NCBI GenBank assembly: GCA_963829055.1
Contig: CAWHHI010000016.1
Location: forward strand, 288,001 to 352,000
DNA: 64,000 nucleotides
From: an uncultured Gemmatimonadaceae bacterium
Lineage (GTDB): Bacteria; Gemmatimonadota; Gemmatimonadetes; Gemmatimonadales; Gemmatimonadaceae
Reading direction: 5' to 3'
Part shown: piece by piece, positions 45,973-56,326 of the stretch
Numbering within the stretch: position 1 is the first letter of the stretch
How the letters are laid out: each line of letters starts with the position of its first letter
Translations under genes and position numbers: made by a program
Notes under the pieces: model-generated
Told to the model about the DNA's origin: nothing
Database searches by the model: none
Seen by the model: the letters and a program-made list of their open reading frames with translations, nothing else

Positions 45973-46978
45973 ATGACGTCAGGCCTCCAACTACGCCCCG
46001 CAGAGCAGGTCCTCGTGTCGCGTGCGAGAGACTTCCTCGCGGCGGGTCCGTCCGACGCGGTCGACCTGATCGCCCACGTCTGTCAGCTGCCGGGACCTCC
46101 GCGGTTTGTGGCGGACCACATGGCCATGGCACTGCTCGCTCCGTGGGAAGAATTCGCGCGTGAGAGCAATGGTCGTTGGAAGCTCGCGTCGGCCGGCGCA
46201 GCGGAGCGCCTACGACGCGCCGTCCGTACCCGCGCCGACCAATGCGCCATTACCGGAAGGGCCGTTGCCGCCGAAGCTCGGCAGACCCCGACGCTCGTCC
46301 GTCCCGTCAGTTCCTCGGCACTCCGCAGCGAGCAGCGTCGCCGATCGCCTCGCGGACCTTTCCTACGTTGTGGTCGATGTCGAGACAACGGGCGGTCAGC
46401 CATACGGGGCCGACCGGATCACGGAGATCGCAGCAGTGATCGTGCAGGGCGGGGAGATCAAGCGCGTGTACGAGACGCTGGTGAACCCGCAGCGACCCAT
46501 TCCGCCCATGGTCACGTCGATCACGAACATCACGTGGAACATGGTCCGGAATGCCCCGACGTTTCGCGACATCGTGCATGACGTGGCAGACGCACTCCGC
46601 GGCCACGTCTTCGTCGCGCATAACGCGGGGTTCGACTGGCGCTTCGTCACCGCCGAGATCGCGCGAGCGACAGGCGAGCGGTTGGAAGGGCGTCAGCTGT
46701 GCACGGTGCGGCTTGCCCGGAGACTGTTACCCCAGTTGTCCCGCCGTTCGCTGGATCACGTGAGTCGGTTCTATGGCGTCGAGAATACGGCACGCCATCG
46801 CGCGGGCGGAGACGCTGTCGCGACCGCTCACTGCCTTCTCCGAATGCTGAAGGACGCGCGAGATCGCGGTTGCCATACGTGGCCCGAGTTGGAGACATTG
46901 CTTCGCACGCCGACGCGCGGCCGTCGCCGCCGGCGCCAGGCAATGCCGCATCCGATGGATCGCGACACGACGGCCTGA
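45973..46978 (+). CDS. DEDDh 3'-5' exonuclease (DnaQ-like) with N-terminal extension, frameshift near 46200
   Basis: VVVDVETTG, FVAHNAGFD, CTVRLAR, HRAGGDA. Confidence 0.88.
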
Positions 46979-47003
46979 TCTTCCCGCACTTGGCACCACT
47001 CGT

Positions 47004-47882
47004 ATGACGACCACACTCGCCCCGCTCGTCGAAACGCTGGCCGTCGGCCGGCTTCGCATTCACACGATTCAGGCGGGCGGGCAGAAGCTCGACGGCGGAG
47101 CAATGTTCGGGGTCGTGCCGAAGCCGCTCTGGGAACGGCGCATTGCGCCGGACGAGCGCAATCGCATCCAGCTCGGCATGCGCTGCGTGTTGATCGAGCA
47201 CGAATCGACGTTGGTCCTCGTCGATACGGGCGCCGGGAACAAGGAGACATCGAAGTTCCACGACATCTACGGCCTCGAGAACGCCGGCGCGAACGGACGG
47301 ACGCTGCTCGAGGACGGGCTGTCGCAGATCGGCGTTAGGCCGGAGGACATCGGGATCGTGATCGACACGCACCTCCATTTCGATCACGCCGGCGGCAACA
47401 CGTACGTCGAAGAGGGCGGGGAGCCGCGGCTGTCATTTCCGAACGCCCGCTACATCGTGCAGCGTGGCGAGTGGGTGTACGCCACGCACCCGAACGAGCG
47501 AACGGCCGGGAGCTACTTCGCCCACAACTACGCGCCGGTCGTCGCCGCCGACCGTTTCGATTTCGTGGACGGCGAGCGGGAGATCGTGCACGGGGTCCGA
47601 GTCGTTCCTACGCCCGGTCATACGCCGTTTCACCAGTCGGTCCTGATCGAGTCCGACGGCGAGACGGCGTTCTACGCGGCGGACCTGGTGCCGACGGCGT
47701 CGCATTTGCCGCTGCCGTGGATCATGGGGTACGACGTCGAACCCCTGGTGACACTGGAGACCAAGCGGGCGATGCTCGGCCACGCGGCCCGGGACGGCTG
47801 GCTGGTGATCTTCGAACACGACGCGAAGGTGGGATCCGGCCGTTTGCGGGTTGACGGCAAGGGCTTCGCCTTGGAGTCTTGA
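47004..47882 (+). CDS. MBL-fold metallo-hydrolase (YtnP-like)
   Basis: LDGGAMFGVVPKPLW, THLHFDHAGG, PGHTPFH, WIMGYD. Confidence 0.9.
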   Translation: MTTTLAPLVETLAVGRLRIHTIQAGGQKLDGGAMFGVVPKPLWERRIAPDERNRIQLGMRCVLIEHESTLVLVDTGAGNKETSKFHDIYGLENAGANGRTLLEDGLSQIGVRPEDIGIVIDTHLHFDHAGGNTYVEEGGEPRLSFPNARYIVQRGEWVYATHPNERTAGSYFAHNYAPVVAADRFDFVDGEREIVHGVRVVPTPGHTPFHQSVLIESDGETAFYAADLVPTASHLPLPWIMGYDVEPLVTLETKRAMLGHAARDGWLVIFEHDAKVGSGRLRVDGKGFALES

Positions 47883-47963
47883 TCCGCCCTCCGCCCTCCG
47901 CCCTCCGCCCTCCGCCCTCCGGCCGCTGTTGGCCTCCTTCCTACGGCCTCCTTCCTCTGGCCT
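47883..47963. repeat. Heptamer tandem repeat (TCCGCCC)x5 plus (GGCCTCCTTCCT-NN)x2
   Basis: Five perfect copies at 47883-47917; 14-nt unit duplicated at 47931-47958. Confidence 0.85.
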
Positions 47964-47969
47964 GGCGCC

Positions 47970-47998
47970 TTGACGATCCGTTCAGGCACTCCTAAGTT
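47970..47998 (+). promoter_or_regulatory. Sigma70-type promoter of infC-rpmI-rplT
   Basis: TTGACG, 17-nt spacer, TAAGTT. Confidence 0.7.
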
Positions 47999-48013
47999 AC
48001 GGCCTTACAATGT

Positions 48014-48153
48014 GGTAAGCAGAGCGAAGACGCTCTCACCCTCTGGCCTCGTTAGTCGCCGACCGGCGAGTGCTGCAGGAGTTCTCGAAGCGCGCCAGCC
48101 TCGTCCTGAGGCTGGCGCCTAGCGGGCTCCGTGCGGGGGTCCGCATTTTTTTT
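48014..48153 (+). promoter_or_regulatory. L20-leader-like cis-regulatory RNA with terminator
   Basis: TAAGCAGAGCGAAGACGCTCTCACC hairpin, internal stems, then GCGGGCTCC..GGGGGTCCGC followed by A and a T-run, upstream of infC. Confidence 0.6.
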
Positions 48154-48216
48154 GGCCGTCACCTCGCTGAACTCGCGTTAGGCACACGGCCGCCATTCCT
48201 CTCGAGGAGCACGGTT

Positions 48217-48732
48217 ATTCAGGACAACACGAAGCGCGTCCGCGTCAATCGTCAGATCCGCATCAGCCCCCTCCGCGTCATCGCGGCAGACGGGAGTCAG
48301 ATGGGAATTCTGGATCTGGATGCCGCGCTGGCAGCCGCACAAGAGCAAGGCTTGGATCTGGTCGAAGTAGCGCCAACCGCGCGACCGCCTGTCGTCCGCA
48401 TCATGGACTACGGGAAGTTCAAATTCGAACAGGCCAAGATGGCTCGCCAGGCCAAGAAGAAGCAGCACGTGATCCATCTCAAGGAAGTGAAGTACCGCCC
48501 TGGGATCGAGGAACACGACTTCGAGACAAAGACGCGCCATGCCCGCCGGTTTCTCGGTGAGGGCAATAAGGTCAAGGTCACCCTCATGTTCCGCGGTCGG
48601 CAGATCGCACACCCAGAGCTGGGGAGGGCCGTGGTCGAGCGAGTCGCTGCCGATCTCGCGGATGTCGCGAAGATCGAGAGCGATGCGAAGATGGAAGGAA
48701 AATCGATGACCATGATTCTCACGCCGAAATGA
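48217..48732 (+). CDS. infC: Translation initiation factor IF-3, ATT start
   Basis: GAGGAG SD 7 nt before [36 protein letters not shown]. Confidence 0.96.
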   Translation: MQDNTKRVRVNRQIRISPLRVIAADGSQMGILDLDAALAAAQEQGLDLVEVAPTARPPVVRIMDYGKFKFEQAKMARQAKKKQHVIHLKEVKYRPGIEEHDFETKTRHARRFLGEGNKVKVTLMFRGRQIAHPELGRAVVERVAADLADVAKIESDAKMEGKSMTMILTPK

Positions 48733-48745
48733 GCGAGTGCGCGTT

Positions 48746-48943
48746 ATGCCGAAAATGAAAAGCCACCGCGGAGCGAGAAAGCGCTTCTCGGTGACAGGGA
48801 CGGGCAAGGTGAAGCGCTCCAAAGCGTTCAAGAGCCACATCCTCACGAAGAAAACCTCCAAGCGGAAGCGGAATCTTCGCCGCTCGACGACCGTCGCCAC
48901 GAATGGAGAAGCCAAGAACCTGAAGCGCCTGCTTCTCGCCTAG
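48746..48943 (+). CDS. rpmI: 50S ribosomal protein L35
   Basis: [25 protein letters not shown]. Confidence 0.97.
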   Translation: MPKMKSHRGARKRFSVTGTGKVKRSKAFKSHILTKKTSKRKRNLRRSTTVATNGEAKNLKRLLLA

Positions 48944-48955
48944 GGAGGAACACCG

Positions 48956-49318
48956 ATGCCTCGCGTCAAATCGAACGTCGTGCGCTTGAAGCGCAAAAAG
49001 AAAATCATGAAGGCCGCTCGCGGTGCGTTCGGCGCACGGAGCAAGCTGTGGAGACCGGCCAAGGAGACCGTCGAGCGCGGCTGGCGTTATGCCTATCGCG
49101 ATCGCCGCAACAAGAAGCGCGACTTCCGGAAGCTCTGGATCACGCGCATCAACGCTGCCGCCCATCAGAACGACATGAGCTACAGCGTGTTCATGCACGG
49201 GCTCAAGCAGGCCGGCATCGAAGTCGACCGAAAGATCCTGGCCGACATCGCCGTCCACGACCCGGCGGCGTTTACCACGCTCGTCGACAAGGTGCGGTCG
49301 GCGCTGAGCGCAGCGTGA
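48956..49318 (+). CDS. rplT: 50S ribosomal protein L20
   Basis: [35 protein letters not shown]. Confidence 0.97.
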   Translation: MPRVKSNVVRLKRKKKIMKAARGAFGARSKLWRPAKETVERGWRYAYRDRRNKKRDFRKLWITRINAAAHQNDMSYSVFMHGLKQAGIEVDRKILADIAVHDPAAFTTLVDKVRSALSAA

Positions 49319-49325
49319 TGACAAC

Positions 49326-49479
49326 GGGGACTGGGGAATAGGGACTGGGGACTGGAACTCCATCGCCAACGACCGCTCTACAAGCACAGCGGCGGCAGCG
49401 TGACCTAACGTCACTGCTGCCGCCGTTCGCGTTATTGCGTTCCGCCAGTCCCCGCAGTCCCAGTCCCGAGTCCCGATTC
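49326..49479. repeat. Inverted heptamer arrays flanking a terminator-like hairpin
   Basis: GGGGACT-type x4 at 49326-49353; AGTCCC(G/C)-type x4 at 49445-49475; central stem 49388-49427. Confidence 0.8.
49388..49427 (+). terminator. Probable terminator after rplT
   Basis: AGCGGCGGCAGCGTGAC-CTAAC-GTCACTGCTGCCGCCGTT followed by CGCGTTATT. Confidence 0.6.
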
Positions 49480-50502
49480 GTGACCATCCAGGATTATCTC
49501 GACGAAGCCCAGGCGCTCGAGCGCGAGCTCGACGAGCGCTTGCAACAGATCGAGCCCGCGACGCGCATCGATGTCGTGAAGGGCCAGTTGCGTGATTGGC
49601 GCGCACGTCTCGATCAGCTGCAGAAGTCCATCACGACGGTCCCGCCTGACGCGCGGCGCGACGCCGGCATCGCGCTGAATCGCGTTCGCAGCGGCTTCGA
49701 AGATGCGATGGCGCAACGCGAGGCTGCCGCGACCGGCTCTGGAGCGCAGGCCGCGGCCGATCTCACCATGCCCGCGCGCGAGCGTTGGCGCGGCGGCAGA
49801 CACCCCGTCACGCTCGTCATTCGCGAGATCCGCGAGATCTTCCGCGAGCTCGGCTTCACGGTCGCGTTAGGCCCCGAGGCCGAGACCGAGTGGTACAACT
49901 TCGGCGCGCTGAACTTCCCGCCGGACCACCCGGCCATGGATGCGCACGACACGTTGTACCTCGGACCCGGATCGCTGCTGCGGACGCACACATCGCCCGT
50001 GCAGGTGCGCACGATGCAGCGCTGGGCGCCGCCCATTCGCATCCTCGCCCCCGGCAACGTCTATCGCCGCGACTTCTTCGACCCGTCGCACGCTCCGATG
50101 TTCTCGCAGATCGAGGGGCTGTCCGTCGACGAGGGCGTGAGCTTCGTCGATCTCAAGGCGACGCTCACGAACTTCGCGCGACGCTTCTTCGGTACCGCGC
50201 GCACGCGCTTCCGTCCGAGCTACTTCCCGTTCACGGAGCCGTCGGCCGAGATGGACGCGCAGTGCGGCGTGTGTGGTGGCTCGGGATGCCCGACGTGCAA
50301 GGGCACCGGGTGGATCGAGATCCTCGGCAGCGGCATGGTGCATCCGGCTGTGCTCGAGTCGGCGGGCATCGACAGCGAGCGCTACACCGGCTGGGCGTTC
50401 GGCATGGGTCCTGGCCGCATCGCGATGTCGCGTTACGGCATTCCCGACATTCGTCTCCTTTACGATTCCGACGTGCGTTTCCTGGAGCAGCTCGCGCGAT
50501 GA
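49480..50502 (+). CDS. pheS: Phenylalanine--tRNA ligase alpha subunit
   Basis: NFGALNFPPDHPA, LRTHTSPVQ, FRPSYFPFTEPS, WIEILGSGMVHP. Confidence 0.97.
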   Translation: MTIQDYLDEAQALERELDERLQQIEPATRIDVVKGQLRDWRARLDQLQKSITTVPPDARRDAGIALNRVRSGFEDAMAQREAAATGSGAQAAADLTMPARERWRGGRHPVTLVIREIREIFRELGFTVALGPEAETEWYNFGALNFPPDHPAMDAHDTLYLGPGSLLRTHTSPVQVRTMQRWAPPIRILAPGNVYRRDFFDPSHAPMFSQIEGLSVDEGVSFVDLKATLTNFARRFFGTARTRFRPSYFPFTEPSAEMDAQCGVCGGSGCPTCKGTGWIEILGSGMVHPAVLESAGIDSERYTGWAFGMGPGRIAMSRYGIPDIRLLYDSDVRFLEQLAR

Positions 50503-52982
50503 ACGTTTCGTACAACTGGCTGAAAGATTTCGTCGATATCGACCTGAGCCCGGTCGCGCTCGGTGACCTGATCACGTCGCGAGCCGCTACCGTCGACGCC
50601 GTGGAGTCGCTGCGCGACGATCTCCGGCAGTTCGTCGTCGCGCGTGTCGTCGAGTGTGCACGCCATCCCGACAGCGATCACCTCTCGGTGACGAAGGTGG
50701 ACGCCGGCACTGGCGAGCTGCTCGACGTCGTGTGCGGCGCGCCTAACGTTCAGGCCGGCAAGCTCTACCCGTTCGCGAAGACGGGAACGAAGATGCCCGC
50801 AGGCTTCACGATCGAGCGTCGGAAGATCCGCGGCGCGGTCTCGAACGGGATGCTGTGCTCGGCGCGCGAGATCGGCTTGGGCGAGGAGCAGGACGGCATC
50901 CTCGAGCTCAACGTCGACGTTCCACCCGGGACGCCGCTGCTCGACGCGATTCCGTCGGTCTCCGACGCGCGCCTCGTCGTCGACGTGGGCGCCAACCGAC
51001 CCGATCTACTCTCGCACCTGGGCGTTGCACGCGAGGTCGCCGCGGCCCTCGGCAAACCACTCGAGATGCAGCGCGCCGCGGCCCAGATCGCGAATGCCTC
51101 CCGTCCGCCGGTTCCCATCGGGTCGACCACGCGCACGGGCGTCACGGGCGGCGTCAGCGTCACCATCGAAGACGTGGACGGCTGCCCACGCTATCTCGGA
51201 GCGGTTGTCCGCGGCGTCCGCGTCGGACCAAGCCCGGATTGGCTGGTGCAGCGGCTTGATGGTGCGGGCGTTCGCTCTATCAACAACGTCGTAGACATCA
51301 CGAACTTCATGCTGCTCGGCTTCGGCCAGCCGATGCACGCGTTCGACGCGAAGCGTCTTGCGGGCCCCGCGATCATCGTGCGCCGTGCAAAGGCTGGCGA
51401 GAAGCTCGTAACGCTCGACGGAATCGAACGCTCGCTGACGGAGGACATGTGCGTCATCGCTGACGGCGAGCGCGCACAGGCACTGGCGGGGGTGATGGGC
51501 GGCCGCGACTCCGAAGTCTCGTCCGAGACGACCGACATCTTTCTCGAGGTCGCGTCGTTCAACCCGCGGCGCGTGCGACAGATGCGCCGCGCACTCTCAC
51601 TTTCTACTGAAGCCAGCTATCGCTTCGAGCGTGGTACCGATGCCGCGTCAGCGCCTGAGCGCTTGCAGCAGGCCGTCGCGCTTATCATCGCGCTCGCGGG
51701 AGGGACGGCGGAGCCCGCGGTTGACGTCTATCCGGTGCCGCGCGTCGCAGGGCCGCTCGTTGTCCGCGTCGCACGGGTCAAGCAGGTGCTCGGCGAACCG
51801 ATTCCTGCCGCTCGCATCGTGCAGTTGCTGCGCTCGATCGGATTCGCTGGCGAGGTTCGCCCCGGGACCGAGATGCTCACTGGCAACGAAGAGATTGTCG
51901 TGAGCGCGCCAACGTGGCGGCAGGATATCGTGGCCGAAATCGACGTGATCGAGGAGGTCGCTCGGCTGCACGGCTACGACTCCCTCTCTGATCAGCTGCG
52001 TCCGTTTCGCGTCGGCAATGTTCCCGACGCGCCGAACTTCGATCTGGACTCCCACATCCAGGATATGCTCGCAGGTGAGGGACTGTTCGAGGTCCGTCCC
52101 CTGCCGTTCGTGGCTGGCGACGACGCCACTCACGTCCGCGTCGCGAATCCGCTCGCTGAGAACGAGGGGCACCTCCGCACGTCCATCCTCGAGACGCTCA
52201 CGAGCCGCGCGGAGTTCAATCTGTCGCACATGGAAGGGAACGTGCGCCTGTTCGAAGTGGGTGCCGTGTTCGCGCCTCGGGCAGGATCCGCACTCCCGCT
52301 CGAGCGCAGGAGCGTGGGCGTAATTGTCATGGGCGATCGGCGCCCGCCGCATTTCACCGATCCGAAGCCACCGCGCTACGACCAGTGGGATGCCAAGGCC
52401 CTGGCCGAGAGGCTGGTCGAGGTGGCGGTGCCCGATGCGCGCGCGGTCTTCGTTCCGGCGGACGCTGCGTCGCAGGCGGACGGAGCGCTCTGGACAATCG
52501 AGCTCAATGGCACTGCGCGAGGGACGGTCCGAACGGTGCCGCTCGATGCACCTGTGTGGGCCTCAACAGCCTACGGCATCGAGCTGGACCTGGGTGTCGT
52601 CGAATCGGCGGACGTCGCGGCTCCGGGCAAGTCGATTCATGGACAGACTGCGACATCCCCGCCGCTGAAGCACGCGCAGTTCAAGCCGTTGCCGTCGACG
52701 CCGGCGGCTCAGATCGATCTCGCGCTGCTCGTGCCGGAATCGCTGCAGGCCGCGGAGGTCGAGCGGGTGATCCGGAACAACGGAGGCGACCTGCTGGAGC
52801 GATTGTCGTTGTTCGACGAGTTCCGTGGCCAGGGTCTGCCGGCGGGGACGCGAAGCCTCGCGTGGCGATTGACGTTCCGCGACGCAACGCGCACTCTACG
52901 CGACAAGGAGATCGAAGGCCGCACCAACAAAATCCTACGTGCCCTGGAAGGAGAGCTCGGTGTCCGACAGCGCAGCGCCTGA
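50499..52982 (+). CDS. pheT: Phenylalanine--tRNA ligase beta subunit
   Basis: VSYNWL, HPDSDHL, VCGAPN, NRPDLLSHLG, FGQPMHAFD, RFERG, C-terminal FDX-ACB domain. Confidence 0.97.
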   Translation: MNVSYNWLKDFVDIDLSPVALGDLITSRAATVDAVESLRDDLRQFVVARVVECARHPDSDHLSVTKVDAGTGELLDVVCGAPNVQAGKLYPFAKTGTKMPAGFTIERRKIRGAVSNGMLCSAREIGLGEEQDGILELNVDVPPGTPLLDAIPSVSDARLVVDVGANRPDLLSHLGVAREVAAALGKPLEMQRAAAQIANASRPPVPIGSTTRTGVTGGVSVTIEDVDGCPRYLGAVVRGVRVGPSPDWLVQRLDGAGVRSINNVVDITNFMLLGFGQPMHAFDAKRLAGPAIIVRRAKAGEKLVTLDGIERSLTEDMCVIADGERAQALAGVMGGRDSEVSSETTDIFLEVASFNPRRVRQMRRALSLSTEASYRFERGTDAASAPERLQQAVALIIALAGGTAEPAVDVYPVPRVAGPLVVRVARVKQVLGEPIPAARIVQLLRSIGFAGEVRPGTEMLTGNEEIVVSAPTWRQDIVAEIDVIEEVARLHGYDSLSDQLRPFRVGNVPDAPNFDLDSHIQDMLAGEGLFEVRPLPFVAGDDATHVRVANPLAENEGHLRTSILETLTSRAEFNLSHMEGNVRLFEVGAVFAPRAGSALPLERRSVGVIVMGDRRPPHFTDPKPPRYDQWDAKALAERLVEVAVPDARAVFVPADAASQADGALWTIELNGTARGTVRTVPLDAPVWASTAYGIELDLGVVESADVAAPGKSIHGQTATSPPLKHAQFKPLPSTPAAQIDLALLVPESLQAAEVERVIRNNGGDLLERLSLFDEFRGQGLPAGTRSLAWRLTFRDATRTLRDKEIEGRTNKILRALEGELGVRQRSA

Positions 52983-53262
52983 CCTGGGGTCGTTCCACGA
53001 ACTGGAGCAGCTCGTCCGCAACCTCGGCGACGAGCTCGCGGGTTTTCGCAGGCGAGCGCTTTCCGCCGAGACCCGGCTCAGGGCGCTCGAGGCGATGAAT
53101 GGCCCTGCCGATCTCTTCTCGCACGAGCGTCTCGCTGCCGCCGAGCAGGAGAACGCGGACCTGAAGCGCCGACTGGCGGCCGCGACCGAGCGCACCAATC
53201 AGGTCGTGGCCCAGCTGCGCTTTCTTCGCCAACAGCACGAGCGGGCCGGGAGCGATCGATGA
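52960..53262 (+). CDS. Small coiled-coil protein (ZapB-like position)
   Basis: Heptad-rich ORF between pheT and zapA. Confidence 0.7.
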   Translation: MSDSAAPDLGSFHELEQLVRNLGDELAGFRRRALSAETRLRALEAMNGPADLFSHERLAAAEQENADLKRRLAAATERTNQVVAQLRFLRQQHERAGSDR

Positions 53263-53564
53263 GCGAGAAGCGCAGTTCGGTGAAGGTGACGATCGTGGGG
53301 CAGGAGCTGACTATCCGCAGCGAAGCCAGCCCTGAGCACACGCGCGACGTGGCGGCATACGTCGACAAGACGATCCGTGGGATCATGAATGCCGGCGCTG
53401 CCGTGGAGTCCAGCCGAGCCGCGATTCTCGCCGCGCTTCAGATCACTGATGAGCTGTTCCGTGCGCGCGCTGCTCAGCGAGAGCTCGACGAGTCAATGCA
53501 ATCGCTCAGCTCCGAGGTCCGCCGCTGGCTTCCTCCAGCCAAGCGAGCCGGCACCGCCGGCTGA
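53259..53564 (+). CDS. zapA: Cell division protein ZapA
   Basis: VKVTIVGQELTI, VAAYVD, AILAALQITDELF. Confidence 0.92.
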   Translation: MSEKRSSVKVTIVGQELTIRSEASPEHTRDVAAYVDKTIRGIMNAGAAVESSRAAILAALQITDELFRARAAQRELDESMQSLSSEVRRWLPPAKRAGTAG

Positions 53565-53578
53565 AGGACCCTGTCAGC

Positions 53579-53765
53579 CCCTGATGCCGACGCGGAACGC
53601 GACAGTTCGCACCGGCGCGCGTTAGGGCGCGATTGCGCTCGGGCCCAGCGCAGGGTAGCTTCTCGCAAGCGACCAGTCGAGCTGTAGGTCCAAGTACCCT
53701 TTGCAGTTAGGCCGTCCCATCCCGCGCCCTTCGCCGGTGCCGGCTCGGATTGCCCCTGTATCGGG
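53579..53765 (+). ncRNA. ssrS: 6S RNA
   Basis: zapA-X-rny synteny; about 187-nt rod: CCTGATGC/GTATCGGG closing stem, bubble, GCACCGGCG..AGGGCGCG / CGCGCCCT..CGCCGGTGC, AGGGTA/TACCCT. Confidence 0.75.
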
Positions 53766-53831
53766 AGACCACAGCGCGCAGTGGTTCCCTTTATCTCCTC
53801 GGCACTAGCCGGGGTGGAGCATAGATCAAAC

Positions 53832-55419
53832 ATGAATTCAACGGCACTCAGTGCTGCGCTCGGCGTATTGGTCATAATCGCCTCCGCAGCCTTTTTCTTT
53901 TTTGGGAAACGTCTGGGCCACGCAGCGGAACGCCAGGCGCAGGCACTTGCGAAGGGAACCGCTGAACAGACCGCAACGCGCATCGTCGGCGAAGCCGAGC
54001 GCGAAGCGGAATCACTGCGGAAGAGCGCAGTGATCTCGGGTAAGGAAGAACTGATCAAGCTCCGCGAAAACTGGGAGGTCGAAGCGCGACGTCGCCGCGA
54101 GGAAGTGGAACGCGAAGAGAAGCGCGTCCAGGACCGCGAGGCTGTGCTCGACCGGAAGTTCGACGTCCTCGAAGGACGCGAGAAGGATGTTGGCCGACGC
54201 GGCAGCGAGCTCGGTCGGAAAGAGAAAACGATCGCCGAACGTGAGCAGGAGCTCGAGCGCTTGATGGGCGAAGAGCGGCGCCGCCTCGAAGTCCTCGCTG
54301 GTATCTCGGCGGAGCAGGCGAAGGCGGAGCTGATTCACCGGCTCGAGGCGGAGGCGGAAGCAGATGCGGCCAACAGGCTGCGAGAGATTCGCGAGAGCGC
54401 CAAACGCAACGCCGAGCGAGAGGCCCGAAAGATTGTCGCCCTCGCCGTTCAGCGTATCGCGGCCGAGCAGACTGCCGAGATCGCGGTCTCGGCGGTGAGC
54501 CTTCCGAACGATGAGATGAAGGGCCGCATCATCGGGCGCGAGGGACGCAACATTCGCGCGTTCGAGCTCGCGACCGGCGTCGATGTCATCATCGACGACA
54601 CGCCGGACACCGTGGTGGTGTCTTGCTTCGATCCGGTGCGCCGCGAAGTGGCGCGACTTGCGCTCGAGAAGCTCGTGTCCGATGGCCGCATTCACCCGGG
54701 TCGCATCGAGGAAGTCGTCAACAAGGCGAAGCGCGAAGTCGAGGTCGGCATCATCGAGACCGGCGAGCAGGCCGCGTATGAAACCGGCGTCACGGGTCTG
54801 CATCCGGAGATCATCAAGCTCATCGGGCGCATGAAGTGGCGCACGAGCTACGGGCAGAACATCCTGGCGCACTCGAAGGAAGTTGCGTTTCTCGCCGGGC
54901 ATCATGGCGGCGGAGCTCGGCCTCGACGTCACGATGGCGAAGCGCGGCGCGCTCCTGCATGACATCGGCAAGGTGCTCACGCACGAACACGAAGGAACGC
55001 ACGTACAGCTTGGCGTCGAGGTGGCAACCAAGTATGGTGAGAACCCGCTCGTGGTGAACTGCATCGCGGCGCACCATGACGACGTTCCGCACGAGAGTGA
55101 AGTGTCGGTGCTCGTTCAGGCCGCTGATGCAATCTCCGGGTCGCGGCCTGGTGCGCGTCGCGAAGCGTTCGAGACGTACGTGAAGCGGCTCGAAGGTCTC
55201 GAGCGCATTGCGTCGAGCTACCGCGGCGTCGAGAAAGTGTTCGCCATTCAGGCTGGGCGAGAGATTCGCATATTGGTCACGCCGGACGATGTCGACGACG
55301 TGCGCATGTCATCGCTGTCCGAGGAGATCGCGCGGCGGATAGAGGCGGAGCTCCAGTATCCTGGACAGATCAAGGTCGTGGTCATTCGCGAGACACGGGC
55401 GGTGGACTTTGCACGCTGA
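53832..55419 (+). CDS. rny: Ribonuclease Y, frameshift near 54897
   Basis: N-terminal TM helix, coiled coil, KH domain [16 protein letters not shown] domain LLHDIGK. Confidence 0.96.
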
Positions 55420-56326
55420 CACGGACACGGTGGACACAGCTTCTGCGACGCTCATCGACGGCGCAGCCATCGGGCGGCTCGTGCGCGCCGACGTTGCGCG
55501 CGACGTCGCGCGACTGCAGGCACTCGGCGTCGTACCCGGCCTCACGGTCGTTCTCGTCGGCGACGATCCCGCGAGCGCCGTCTACGTGCGCTCGAAGGGC
55601 AAGGCGTGCGAAGAGGCGGGGATGCACGGCGAGACGATCCGCATGCCCGCCGACGCAACCGAAGAGCAACTGCTCGCGCAGGTCGATGCGCTGAACGACG
55701 ACCCACGGGTGCATGGCATTCTCGTGCAGATGCCGCTCCCGCGTCACATGTCCGCGGACAAGGTTATCCGTCGCATCCGTCCGGAGAAGGACGTCGACGG
55801 CTTTCATCCCGTGAACGTTGGGAAGCTCAGCATTGGCGAGCGTGATGGCTTCGTTCCATGCACGCCCGCGGGTGCCATCGAGCTGCTCGTTCGCAGCGGT
55901 GTGGACACGCGCGGCAAGGATGCCGTCATCGTTGGGCGCAGCAACATCGTCGGGAAGCCGATGGCGGCGCTGCTCATGCAGGACGCACCCGGCGGCAATG
56001 CTACCGTGACCGTGTGTCACAGCCGCACCGTCGATCTCGCGTCGCACACGCGTCGCGCGGACATCCTCGTGGCGGCCATCGGGAAGCCGGAGATGATCAC
56101 CGGCGACATGATCAAGCCAGGCGCTGTGGTCATCGACGTCGGGATCAATCGCGTGAACGACAGCTCGGTGGCGAAAGGCTATCGCATCGTCGGCGACGTG
56201 CATTTCGCGTCCGCGCGCGCGGTCGCGTCGCTGATCACGCCCGTGCCCGGCGGCGTCGGTCCGATGACGATCGCCATGCTCATGCAGAATACCGTTCGCG
56301 CGGCGGCGCAGATCGCCGGCGTGTGA
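55409..56326 (+). CDS. folD: Methylenetetrahydrofolate dehydrogenase/cyclohydrolase
   Basis: [47 protein letters not shown]. Confidence 0.97.
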   Translation: MHADTDTVDTASATLIDGAAIGRLVRADVARDVARLQALGVVPGLTVVLVGDDPASAVYVRSKGKACEEAGMHGETIRMPADATEEQLLAQVDALNDDPRVHGILVQMPLPRHMSADKVIRRIRPEKDVDGFHPVNVGKLSIGERDGFVPCTPAGAIELLVRSGVDTRGKDAVIVGRSNIVGKPMAALLMQDAPGGNATVTVCHSRTVDLASHTRRADILVAAIGKPEMITGDMIKPGAVVIDVGINRVNDSSVAKGYRIVGDVHFASARAVASLITPVPGGVGPMTIAMLMQNTVRAAAQIAGV

